From Pelagomonas calceolata (taxonomy: Eukaryota), in NCBI GenBank assembly GCA_918797485.1, contig CAKKNE010000001.1, positions 2,542,001 through 2,606,000 on the forward strand: 64,000 nucleotides of DNA, given 5' to 3'. Position numbers and translations under genes: made by a program. The notes under the pieces were generated by a model, which did not search any database, was not told the DNA's origin, and worked only from the letters and a program-made list of their open reading frames with translations. Each line of letters opens with the position of its first letter. Position 1 is the stretch's first letter. Positions 38,945 through 48,395 of this stretch are shown here, one piece after another.

Positions 38945-39574
38945 TTACTTCGTCTTCACGACGGCGAGCGCGTGCGCGGCGTGCGCGGGCGTCGCGAGGC
39001 GCACGCCCGGCGGCAGCGCGACGTCGGTCCCATGGTATACGTGGCCCTTGCCGCCGGCCGCGCAGGACACCTCCAGCGCCTCCGGGACGGACGCGGCGTC
39101 GGCGCACCGCACGCCGAGCGCGTGCCGGACGCGGTGCAGGTACGCGCCGCGCCGCAGCGTCTGATTCAGGCCGGCGTCGACGAAGCGCAGCGGCACGCGC
39201 AGCACGAGGTCCGGCGAGAAGCGCAGGAAGTTGGCGCTCAAGACGTCGCTCGTCGCCGCGCGGAGCTGGACCTGGCGCGGCACGACGAGCTCGGTCCCGG
39301 CCTCGCCTTGGATGTTCAGTTCGTAGACCGTGTTCTCGACGGCCGCGCGCCGCGCCCGCAGCTCGCGGCCCAGCGCCTTTTCGCAGACCGCGACGAGCCG
39401 CCGCGGCCGCGCGGCCTCGCCGCCGTAGACGACGCCCGGGATCAGGCCCGCAGCGCGCAGCCGCCGCGCGGCGCGCGACCCGTCGTCGGCGCGCGGCGCG
39501 ACCTCGAGCCGCGGGAAGGAGCTGCTGGCGCGCCGCTGCCGCGCCGTCGGCCGCAGCGCTCGCAGCGCGCGCAT
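38945..39574 (-). CDS. rplY: Organellar (probably mitochondrial) ribosomal protein bL25/Ctc
   Basis: GSRAARRLRAAGLIPGVVYGG, VVPRQVQL, VPLRFV, SVPEALEV. Arg-rich presequence. Confidence 0.85.
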   Translation of the reverse strand: MRALRALRPTARQRRASSSFPRLEVAPRADDGSRAARRLRAAGLIPGVVYGGEAARPRRLVAVCEKALGRELRARRAAVENTVYELNIQGEAGTELVVPRQVQLRAATSDVLSANFLRFSPDLVLRVPLRFVDAGLNQTLRRGAYLHRVRHALGVRCADAASVPEALEVSCAAGGKGHVYHGTDVALPPGVRLATPAHAAHALAVVKTK

Positions 39575-39734
39575 CGTCCGCGGCCGGAGCGCACGACTGG
39601 GAAGCGGTGCCGCGTTGCGTTCGGACGACACGTCTCCAGGCCTCTCTCTCCCTGGGCTCCCAGCCCAGCAGGGGGCAAATGCTATAGTCTTATTCGGGTT
39701 GCGGGGGCGCGCGCCTAGAGGGGTGACGGGGGAG

Positions 39735-39975
39735 CTATCCCCCGCGAGCGTGTACGTAAGCTTGCTGCCGGTCGTAGAAGCGTGCGTCGTCGTCGCCGTG
39801 CCCGGGCGCGTTGGTGAAGTCCGGGTTGCCGCCGACGAGCCGGAGGCCGTCGATCTTGATCCGGGCGTACTCGCGCGCCGTCTTGATGCCCCAGCGACGG
39901 TAAATGCGGTTCTTGAGCAGGGCGGCCGCGTGCTCCTGCGAAGTCGCGCCGTCCTCGTCGACTCCTCGACCCAGG
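39735..39975 (-). mobile_element. Probable retroelement ORF 3' remnant
   Basis: Startless frame ...HAAALLKNRIYRRWGIKTAREYARIKIDGLRLVGG...RGG* resembles the helical C-terminus of restriction-like-endonuclease non-LTR ORFs (from recall, not searched). The stop lies in the loop of hairpin CGGGGGA-gcta-TCCCCCG. Confidence 0.35.
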
Positions 39976-39984
39976 AACGATACA

Positions 39985-40236
39985 TTAGACGTCCCGCTCC
40001 GAGCGCCAGTACACGAGGACCTTCCAGAAGAGGACGTCCGGCAGGCCGTCTCGAGCGAAGAGGCCCGTGGGGGCCATGGCTAGTCGAGCCCGCGGCGGTC
40101 GCGCGCGACCCTTCTCCGCCAACTTGCGCAGAACGAGCAGCTCCTTCCGCGGCTCGGCGACGTAGCGCTTCCACGTGCCGCCCGCGGTGCGGTAGTCGCG
40201 GAAGAACGCGAGCGTGCCCTCTACCACGCCCGGCAA
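39985..40236 (-). pseudogene. C-terminal fragment of an expanded pelagophyte ankyrin-protein family
   Basis: AGGTWKRYVAEPRKELLVLRKLAEKGRA...LPDVLFWKVLVYWRSERD* resembles the conserved tail of that family. No ankyrin repeats or credible start upstream. Confidence 0.5.
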
Positions 40237-40606
40237 GCGGCACCAACGGGCACGGCTACGACTGTCACAATAATTACGACGGCCTGCTCACTGGGTGATT
40301 TCCACGCAGGTCACTCTTCCCGAGCCCGTGGTTGAGAGACGACAAACCGCTCATCGACTTCGACGGCCTGCAGTCGGACGACGCTGCGCCGCCCGCGGAG
40401 AACCCCTGGGCGCACCTCGACGGGGAGGGCGGCGCCGGCGACGACGACGACGACATCTACGGGTGACTTGCAAATATAAGAAGCGTGCTCTTTCTTCTGT
40501 CTACCCGGGGCGCGGCGACGGCGTGCCTAGCATCGGCGACGGGCCCAAAATAGAGCCAACCACCAGCGACGCGCGCTGCGCCAGGGCCACCAGCGCCGCT
40601 CCCACC

Positions 40607-41059
40607 ATGGTCGAGTACGAGGCCCGGGGCATCACCGTGCGCGACGTCGCGCCGGCGGTCTTCATCGAGGCCTACGCGCTGCACCTCAAAAACTCGGACC
40701 GCTTCGAGATCCCCAAGTGGACGGACCTCGTCAAGACGGGCGTCCACAAGGAGCTGGGCCCGACGGACGACGACTGGTACTTCGTCCGCGCGGCGTCGAT
40801 CGCGCGCAAGGTCTACCTCAAGCCCGGCGTCGGCGTCGGCGCGCTGCGGAAGTGGTACGGCGGCCAGTACCGGCGCGGCGCGCGCGCCAAGACGTTCCAG
40901 CGCGCCGCCGGCGGCCTCATCCGCAGCGTGCTGCAGCAGCTCGAGGAGACGAAGGTCGTCGAGAAGACGGCGTCGGGCGGCCGGCGGATCACGCGGGTCG
41001 GCCAGCAGGACCTGGACCGCATCGCGGGCCAGGTCGCGCGGGGTGGCAACGAGGAGTAG
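40607..41059 (+). CDS. RPS19: 40S ribosomal protein eS19
   Basis: TVRDVAPAVFIEAYALHLK, PKWTDLVKTG..KELGP..DDWYFVRAASIARKVY, GRRITRVGQQDLDRIAGQV. Confidence 0.97.
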   Translation: MVEYEARGITVRDVAPAVFIEAYALHLKNSDRFEIPKWTDLVKTGVHKELGPTDDDWYFVRAASIARKVYLKPGVGVGALRKWYGGQYRRGARAKTFQRAAGGLIRSVLQQLEETKVVEKTASGGRRITRVGQQDLDRIAGQVARGGNEE

Positions 41060-41162
41060 GCGGCGCGCGGGGCGTAAAAATAAATTAAACTACGAGTATG
41101 GACGGCGCGCGAGGCCGGTCCGTCGAGTAGAGCCTGAGACCACGACTCCTCCGCTCCGAGAA

Positions 41163-41248
41163 GAGAGAGAGAGTCGCTTATTGTGCTAGCCCCTCCAACC
41201 AACCCGGACCCCGAGTGTGTCACCGCGGCGTACTATAGGGATTGGCGA
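41163..41248 (+). repeat. Dispersed repeat family B, copy 1
   Basis: Blocks GAGAGAGAGAGTCGCTTATTG, CGGACCCCGA and GGGATTGGCGA are collinear with 45591-45674. Confidence 0.75.
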
Positions 41249-41570
41249 CGGGGCCCGGGAAAGAGGGTACACCCGAAAGACGTCGACAGGAGGCCGGTCC
41301 CGAGTCGTCCGGCGCCGGACTCTCGCCGGACCAGCGCTTCCCGCACGAACGCACACCCCATGCCGCCGATCTGCGATGAATAGGGCGAAATACCCTTCCT
41401 TATGCGCTAGACACGCCACACAGTGGCACACGTTGTACGCAACGCGCAATTCTCCCCGGCAGACTAGCTCGCCCGCCGTACTCCCAAAGGCGCGTACTCC
41501 TTGGGTCTTGAATCATTCGCACGATCGCGGCGGCAGATGAACTGCGGACGACCACGCACACACACAACGG

Positions 41571-43235
41571 TTACTCCGGGGCGAAGACGCCGTAGGACGC
41601 GAGCGACGCCGCGTCGTTCAGCGTGAACGTCGTCAGCTCCGACTCGGAGTCGTCGCTGTCGCGCGCGGCGCAGTCGTCCAGCGGCCGGCCGGCCGCGAGC
41701 TCGGCGCACGCGAGCTTCTCGCGGGCCGCGGCGTCGTCGCGGTCGCGCGGCCAGGGCGTCGCCTCCCACGCCGCGGCGCGCGCCGCGACGTCCGCGTCCG
41801 CGTCCGCGAAGACGGCCGCGAAGGCGCAGCAGCGCTCGACGGCGCGCTCCGGCGCGAAGCGCAGCAGCCGCGCGCCCCAGAGCGCCGCGAGCGCCGGGTA
41901 GGCGCGGCGGTGCGCGGCGCGCAGCACGCCCGCGAGGACGGCCCGCGCCTCGTCGTCGTCGCCGGGCCGGCCGACCAGCCCCGCCCGGTGCGCGCCGGCG
42001 GCGGCGCTCAGCACGCGGTGGCGGACCGCGGCGTCGCGCGCCGCCGACGCCGCGCGCGGGCGCTGCGCCGCGTCGTCGACGAGCCGCCCCAGGACGCCGG
42101 CGTCGTCGCAGCCGTCCAGCAGCGCGTGCGCGGCCGCCGCGCAGACGGCCGCGCGGTCGGCGAAGGGCACGGCGGCCCAGTAGTCCCGGAAGCCGCCGTG
42201 GCCCCGCGCGACGTCCGTCCGCGAGTCGACGCGCGTCGGGCCCGGCGGCTGCGCCGGCGCCGCCCGCCGGCACGCGTCGGCCCGCCGGACCGCGGCCTCG
42301 AGCACCTCGCGGCAGGCCCGCGGCGCCGCCGCGTCCGCGAGGTCCGCCAGCGCCGCGCAGACGACCGGGCCCTTGGGCACGCGCCGCGCCTCGTCCAGGT
42401 GCCCGCGCCACGGCTCGGAGCCCGCCGCGCGCTCCGTCCGCAGCAGCAGCAGCGCGAGGCCCGGCGCCGCCGCGAAGGCGTCGCCGCCGCACTCGCGCGC
42501 CGCGACGTCGCCCCAGAGGCCCAGCACGCGCGCCCGGCACGCCGCGGCGAGCGCGCCCGCCCGCGCCGCGCCGCGCGCGTCGTCCGCGGGCGGCCCGGGC
42601 GGCGCCGCGCGCCGCGCGCCGCCGGCGCCGGCCAGGGCGACGTAGACCGTCGCGAAGGCGGCGGTCCCCGCGCGGCCGCCGGCCTCCCACTCGCGCCGCT
42701 CGCGCCGCGCGCACGCGGCGTAGGCGTCGCCGCGCGCGCCGAACGCGTCCGCCTGGGGCAGGCCCCGCGGGAACCCGGCGGCGCGCGTCGCGCGCGCCGC
42801 CGGCGTCAGGCAGTCGTCGCCGCAGAGCAGGTAGGCCGCGAGGCCCGGCGCCGCCAGGAGCGCCGCGACGGTCGCGTCCGACGCGCGCGCGAACGCGCGC
42901 GCGGCGCCGTGGCACGTCGCCTCGAAGTCGCCCGGCGGTGCGCCCTGGTCCAGCACGACGCGGCACCGCCGCAGCAGCGCCACGGTGCGCGCCGAGCCGC
43001 CCGCGCGCAGGTCCCCCGCCAGCTCCGCGAACGCCCGCGGCGCCTTCAGGTTCGCCACGCGCTCCTTCTCGCCGTCGCCCAGCGGCAGGCACGTGCGCCG
43101 GTGCGCCGGCCAGTGCGCCCGCTGCCGCGCGGCGTCGACGTAATGCGTGCTCCGGCAGCGGGCGCAGCGCAGGAGCGGCGTCGCCGTGTCCGCCTGCAGG
43201 GCGCCCGTCGCGGCGCAGGCGCGGACGTCGCGCAT
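41571..43235 (-). CDS. MYND zinc-finger protein
   Basis: N-terminal CAATG...LLRCARCRSTHYVDAARQRAHWPAHRRTC; 554-aa ORF. Confidence 0.75.
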   Translation of the reverse strand: MRDVRACAATGALQADTATPLLRCARCRSTHYVDAARQRAHWPAHRRTCLPLGDGEKERVANLKAPRAFAELAGDLRAGGSARTVALLRRCRVVLDQGAPPGDFEATCHGAARAFARASDATVAALLAAPGLAAYLLCGDDCLTPAARATRAAGFPRGLPQADAFGARGDAYAACARRERREWEAGGRAGTAAFATVYVALAGAGGARRAAPPGPPADDARGAARAGALAAACRARVLGLWGDVAARECGGDAFAAAPGLALLLLRTERAAGSEPWRGHLDEARRVPKGPVVCAALADLADAAAPRACREVLEAAVRRADACRRAAPAQPPGPTRVDSRTDVARGHGGFRDYWAAVPFADRAAVCAAAAHALLDGCDDAGVLGRLVDDAAQRPRAASAARDAAVRHRVLSAAAGAHRAGLVGRPGDDDEARAVLAGVLRAAHRRAYPALAALWGARLLRFAPERAVERCCAFAAVFADADADVAARAAAWEATPWPRDRDDAAAREKLACAELAAGRPLDDCAARDSDDSESELTTFTLNDAASLASYGVFAPE

Positions 43236-43302
43236 CGCGTTCCGCTTCGAGGCACGGCTGCGTGCCGCAAGCTGTGCCTCCGCTGCTGCTTGCTAGGCAT
43301 CC

Positions 43303-43325
43303 CTAGTGTCTTACAGGCCGCTAGC
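43303..43325 (-). promoter_or_regulatory. Bipartite CTAG promoter motif
   Basis: CTAGTGTCTTACaggccGCTAGC in the divergent MYND/RBM5 promoter. Confidence 0.6.
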
Positions 43326-43665
43326 CCACCTAAGCGCGGGAGCCCTGGAAGCCGCGCCCCGGGGACGGGATCTCCTCAAACTGGCTCATTGCCGAACTGA
43401 CTCATCGCCGATCCCGCAAATCAGAACTTAGAGTCTGACGGCGGGCAACACCCGGGCTTCGCCGCGGGCGGGCGGAACGACAAGCGGGGCGGCGAAGCCC
43501 CACGGCCGAAAGACGAGCTTTGGGGTCCCGTAAGCTTCACTCTCGGGCTTGGCCCTGAGGTATTGACCTCGCAAGAGCGGCAACAACCGTGCCGCCTAGC
43601 GCCTGTAAGCAATAGCAAAAAGCCAGGGGGAGCCGTGGCTAGGCTCCACTCGCTCTCCAGCCCTG

Positions 43666-44977
43666 ATGCCGCGCGGCTCGCGCGACCGCGGGCGCTCGCG
43701 CTCGTACTCGCCGCGGCGCCGGAGCCGCAGCCGGTCGTGGTCGCCGCGCTCGTACTCGCCGCGGCGCAGGAGCCGCAGCCGGTCGTGGTCGCCGCGGCGG
43801 CGGCGGCGGCCGCGGAGCCCGGAGCGCGGCGCCCCCGAGTCGGCGACGCTGGTGGCGCGGGGCCTCACGCCCGAGACGACGGAGGCCGCCGTCGAAGTCC
43901 GTCCATGCGTACCCGCCAGAGCCCGCGCGCGCCGCTCACCCCCGTCGCGCTGCAGGCCGCGCTCCGCGCCTTCGCGCCGCGCCACGTCCGCGTGATGCGC
44001 GACGCGAGCCGCGCGCCCTACTGCTTCGTCGACTTCCCGGACGCCGCGGCGGCGAAGCGGGCGATGGACGCGTTCGGCGGGAGCGCACGCGGCGCGGCGC
44101 CGCGTCCCCCGGCACGAGCCGGCGCCGCCGTCGACGCGGCGCCCCCCCCCCCGCGCAGGCGGCCCCGGCGCGCGGCTGGTGGTCCTCGGCGCGGCGCTGA
44201 CGCTCGAGTTCGGGCGGCGGCGGACGCAGGTGTCCTCGGCGACGGACTGGCTGTGCGAGCGGTGCAACGCCGTGAACTTCGCGCGGCGGAGCCGCTGCTA
44301 CCAGTGCCAGGACCCGAAGCCGGCGCGGCCGCGCGTCGTCGGCGACCGCGAGGGCACGTCGCTCCTGACGGCGGCGTCCGTGAGCACGGTGCGCGAGGGC
44401 ATGTACGACTGCGCCGAGCCGACGCCGACCCTCGTGCTCTACGGCCTGAGCCAGTACTCGGGCGAGGCCGAGGTCGCGGCGAGCATGCGGCAGTACGCGC
44501 CCGTGCGCCGCGTCGAGCTCGTGCGCGACCGCGCCGGCCAGACGCGCGGCGTGGCCTTCGTGCACTTCGCGGGCGTCGAGCCGGCGCAGCACGTCCTGCG
44601 GGCCATCGCGGCGCGCGGCGGCGCCTGCGACGTCGACGGCGCGCGCTGCCGCGCCGCGTTCACGCGCGGCCTCCCGCGCGAGCGCGAGGCCGACGAGGCC
44701 GGCCTCGTCGCCGAGCGCGCGCCGGCGCCGGCGGGGGGGCCGAAGTGGCCGCCGCCGTTCCACGGCGGCGCGGGCGGCTGGCGCTTCGACGCGGCCTCGG
44801 GCTCGTTCTACGAGCCCGCGTCGGGCTTCTACTTCGACCCGAAGCAGAAGGTCTACGCCGCCGCGCGGACGGGGAAGCGCTTCCGCCACGCGCCCGGCCG
44901 CGACCCGCCGTTCCTCGAGCTCCCGCCCGCCGCGGCGCCCGCGCCCGCGGCCCGCGCGCCCGCGCCCGCGCCGCCCG

Positions 44978-45008
<31 letters not shown>

Positions 45009-45324
45009 CCTCGTCGCGGGCCCGGTCTCGATCAGCCTCGGCGCGGCGCCCGCCGCGCGGCCCGCCGCGCGCGCGGCGCCCGCCGCGCCCGCGGTCGCGA
45101 CGTCGCACCTCCTCGCGGTCGGCTTCGACGGCGACCAGCTCGACCGGATCCTCTACGGCGGCGCGCCGCTCGTGAAGACGCGCGCGGACGGCAAGCTCGT
45201 GTGCCGCGTCTCGGCGCGCATGTTCCCCGACCGGGCGGCGCTGCGGAAGCACGTCGCGAAGTCGAAGCTGTACCGCGCGGCCTACGAGAAGGCGTGCCGC
45301 GAGGGCCGGATCAGTCTGGCGTAG
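43666..45324 (+). CDS. RBM5/RBM10-like splicing factor (RS, RRM, RanBP2 ZnF, RRM, OCRE, degenerate C2H2); 3 exons
   Basis: Intron 1 is 43897-43955 (GT-AG, phase 0). Intron 2 ends at 44158 (phase 1; donor GC 44077 or GT 44104). Motifs YCFVDF, DWLCERCNAVNFARRSRCYQC, RGVAFVHF, FYEPASGFYFDP. No G-patch seen. Confidence 0.85.
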
Positions 45325-45372
45325 TAGGAAGACTGTGTAAGCACCGTTGGTCGCGGGCATGAACTGTTCTCA

Positions 45373-45512
45373 TGTTACGGTGCTAGGACTAGTGGGCGGA
45401 GCCCCTGGGCCCATGGGGGGGAGACACCGCGCGTCGCCGATTCATCGGCGGCGGGCGCGTGCCGCTTCTTTCATAACAGCGTACCTCCTTCTAAGCAGAA
45501 CCGCCTCGGCAA
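45373..45512 (-). repeat. Dispersed repeat family A, full copy (inverted relative to the other copies)
   Basis: TGTTACGGTGCTAGGACTAGTGGGCGGAGCCCC...TTCATAACAGCGTACCTCCTTCTAAGCAGAACCGCCTCGGC. Confidence 0.9.
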
Positions 45513-45590
45513 ACCCCCCCGAACAATGTGCAACGTTCGCCCGTTCAATCAACTTGTCCCGCGACTTCCCGCAGGCGACCTGGAACTACC

Positions 45591-45674
45591 GAGAGAGAGA
45601 GTCGCTTATTGAACCCACCCCCAGGGTAGTACGGACCCCGAACGCTTCGCCACTGTGTCTACTGGGATTGGCGA
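45591..45674 (+). repeat. Dispersed repeat family B, copy 2
   Basis: Same three blocks as 41163-41248, with almost the same spacing. Confidence 0.75.
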
Positions 45675-45711
45675 TAGGGTGTTGTTTCACCATGCCCCCC
45701 GTAGAATCCGT

Positions 45712-45734
45712 CCTAGCGGCACGTAAGACACTAG
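45712..45734 (+). promoter_or_regulatory. Bipartite CTAG promoter motif
   Basis: CCTAGCggcacGTAAGACACTAG, about 105 bp upstream of the methyltransferase ATG. Confidence 0.6.
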
Positions 45735-45838
45735 GCATCTTTAGTGACATGGTTACAAACTAACAAGGCAGGCGAGTGGGCGACGCGTTATTGTGCGTGT
45801 AGCGGCCGCGTCACCAATAGCGCCGGCGGCCGGCAGAG

Positions 45839-47812
45839 ATGGCCGCGGAGGAGACCAAGGCCGAGCCGGCGCCGGGCCCGGCCGCGGCGCCGGGCGCGGA
45901 GCAGGAGGTCGTCGCGTTCGCGGGCGGCCTGCGGGGCCGGCGCGCCGCGCAGCTCGGGTGCGGCGCGGGCGTCGACTGCGTCTGCCTCGCGGCGGCGGGC
46001 TGCCGCCTCGTCGTCGGCGTCGACGCCGACGGCGCCGCGCTGGCCGAGGCGCGGCGGCGCGCGGCGCGGGCCGAGGTCGCCGACCGGTGCCTCTTCGTCG
46101 AGGCCGACCCGCTGGCCGTGGCCGCGGACGAGCTCCTCGAGCGCGCGGCGGCGTTCGAGCGCGCGCGCGGCCGGGGCGCCGCCGCCGCGTGGCGCTTCGA
46201 CGCGGCGGTCGACCGGCGGGGCCTCGAGCGGCTCTGGGCGCGCGACGCCGACGGCGCCGCGCGCCTGCTGGCGGGCCTGCTCCGGCCGGGCGCCGAGGTC
46301 TTCTCGCTGAGCGGCAACGCGAACGAGTACCGGCCCTACGCCGACGGCGCGGCCAGCCTGACGTGCGCGGAGCTCTGCTCGTGCCTGCCGCCGCCGTGCT
46401 TCGAGCTGCGGAGCCTCCGCGAGTGCCGCTTCGACGGGCCGGCGGCGCTGGCGCCGCCGCCCCTGGCCTGGCGCGCCGTCTTCCGGCGGACGCCGGCGGC
46501 CTGGGCCGCGCCGGACCCGGGCGACGGCGACGACGACGGCGCCTCGGGGACGCCGACGGCCGCGTCGGCGCGCGCGTCGACGTCGGGCGGCGGCTCGCTG
46601 CGCAAGCTGCGCCGCGACGAGCCGCCGCGGCTGCTGCAGAAGCGGCGCGAGCGGCCCGTCGTCGCGCGGAAGGTGAGCCGCGTGCCGCTGCCGCTCGACG
46701 CGCGGCCGGCCGACTACGACTCGGACGCGATCGACGCGGCGCTGTCCGTCGACGGGTCCGTCGCCCCGAGCGAGTGCGGGTCCGACGCGACGTCGGCGTT
46801 CGCGGGCGCCGACGGCTTCGAGAACATCGCCGCGTCGCGGGCGGCGGCCGCCCGGGCGGAGCGCGCGCGCGCCGAGGGCGACGTGCCCTGGGTGCGCTGG
46901 TGGGACCGGCGGGCCCAGGCCTACGACCGCCTCGTCGCGTCGCAGCCGATCCTCCAGGAGCTGTGCGACCGCGTGGCCCGGGCGGCGCTGCGCTGGGCGC
47001 CGGCGCCGGCGAACCCGCGGCAGCCGCTCGTGGCCGTGGACCTGGCGGCGGGCGCGGGCCACACGGCCTGGGCGCTCGCGCGGCACTGCCGGCGGCCCGT
47101 GCGCGCGGAGCTCGTGGAGCCGTCGCACGCCATGGCGGCGCTCGCGCGCGCGCGCGGCGCGCGGCCGGGCCGCGGCGTCGCGACGGTGTGGCAGGTGCCC
47201 GTGGAGCGCTGCGCCGAGCGGCTGCCGGCGCGCCTGCGCGGCGCGGCGGACTGCGTCACGTGCCGCGGCGCGCTGTCGCAGATCAACGAGCACGACGTGC
47301 TCGAGGCGGCGGCGGCGCTGCTCAAGCCGGGCGGCTGCCTCGTCCTCGACCTGGAGCACGGCGAGCCGGGCCGCGCGTGGGAGGACCACGTCCGGGACGC
47401 GCTCCGCGCGGCCGGCGTCGCCGCGCCGGCCGACGTCGCGCGCGTGCCCTCGCTGCCGCCGGCGCGGCCCGCGTGCTCGGCGTCCCAGCTCGCGGCGGCC
47501 GCCGCCGCCGCGGGCCTGCGGCTCGCCTCGTGCGACGCCTTCGACGACGCCGTGGGCGGCGACTTCTTCGTGGCCTCGCGGTCGGTGTCGTCGTCGTGGC
47601 TCGCGGAGGCCTTCGCCGGCGACGGCGACCGCGCCGCGGCGCGCGTCGCGCGCCGCGAGTGCATCCTGGACGCGGCGCGGCGCGCGGCCGCGTCCGCGGG
47701 GGAGCTGCGGACCGCGCTCGTCGTGGTCCTCAAGCCCGACGCGCTCGCGGACGACGACTCGCCCGAGAACGGCGTCTCGGGCCTCGCGCCGCGGCCGGGG
47801 GACCACTTCTAA
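45839..47812 (+). CDS. Tandem class I SAM-dependent methyltransferase domains
   Basis: Domain 1: QLGCGAG...VVGVDAD...FDAAVDRRGL...LLRPGA. Domain 2: VDLAAGAG...LVEPSHAM...ADCVTC...LLKPGGCLV. Confidence 0.75.
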   Translation: MAAEETKAEPAPGPAAAPGAEQEVVAFAGGLRGRRAAQLGCGAGVDCVCLAAAGCRLVVGVDADGAALAEARRRAARAEVADRCLFVEADPLAVAADELLERAAAFERARGRGAAAAWRFDAAVDRRGLERLWARDADGAARLLAGLLRPGAEVFSLSGNANEYRPYADGAASLTCAELCSCLPPPCFELRSLRECRFDGPAALAPPPLAWRAVFRRTPAAWAAPDPGDGDDDGASGTPTAASARASTSGGGSLRKLRRDEPPRLLQKRRERPVVARKVSRVPLPLDARPADYDSDAIDAALSVDGSVAPSECGSDATSAFAGADGFENIAASRAAAARAERARAEGDVPWVRWWDRRAQAYDRLVASQPILQELCDRVARAALRWAPAPANPRQPLVAVDLAAGAGHTAWALARHCRRPVRAELVEPSHAMAALARARGARPGRGVATVWQVPVERCAERLPARLRGAADCVTCRGALSQINEHDVLEAAAALLKPGGCLVLDLEHGEPGRAWEDHVRDALRAAGVAAPADVARVPSLPPARPACSASQLAAAAAAAGLRLASCDAFDDAVGGDFFVASRSVSSSWLAEAFAGDGDRAAARVARRECILDAARRAAASAGELRTALVVVLKPDALADDDSPENGVSGLAPRPGDHF

Positions 47813-48395
47813 CTAGCGGATGTGACCTCGGGTAATTGACATTTTTACGGTGACGGGGTGCCATCGGGCCCAAATTATTTACTTTTTTCGAATGTAGATC
47901 GGCTCCTGGAGGCCTCTCGAGGTAGGTCTGGTAGTTGGTAGTCGCCTGCACTGCATACGCCGTCGATGCAGCAGCCTAGGGCTCGTCGAGAGCTCTGGAA
48001 CCCAATGTTCAACCCATTGCTAGGCTATTCCGGGCCCGGGTGCTTGCTGAGCCTTGCTCTCCGGGGGTTTTTGACGATGGGATCATGATACGTCATCTTC
48101 GGGCGTTTTTATTGGGACTTGGCCCAGAGGTCTTCCTTTATTTATTTATTTATTTATTTGCTTTGCTTAGAGCTAGGCCGCCTAGCCCACCCGGCCGCCT
48201 TGTTTATTTACATGTGTGCCGCCGGCGCGCGCTTATAAATGTTGAAGTGCCAGTGCCGTCTCTTCCATATCCTGGCTGGCGACGAGTCGGACTGGGAGGC
48301 GTGGGCCAGGAGTCCTTTCTCGACCGACCCCGGCGGCCGCGCCACCTCGGACCGCGTCAACACAAATCTTAGTGCGCCCTCTGGGCACGTCCGAG

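Noticed and set aside
48138..48160. (TTTA)n microsatellite and other short duplications (28940-28968, 53212-53240)
   Set aside because: Ordinary slippage repeats with no further support.
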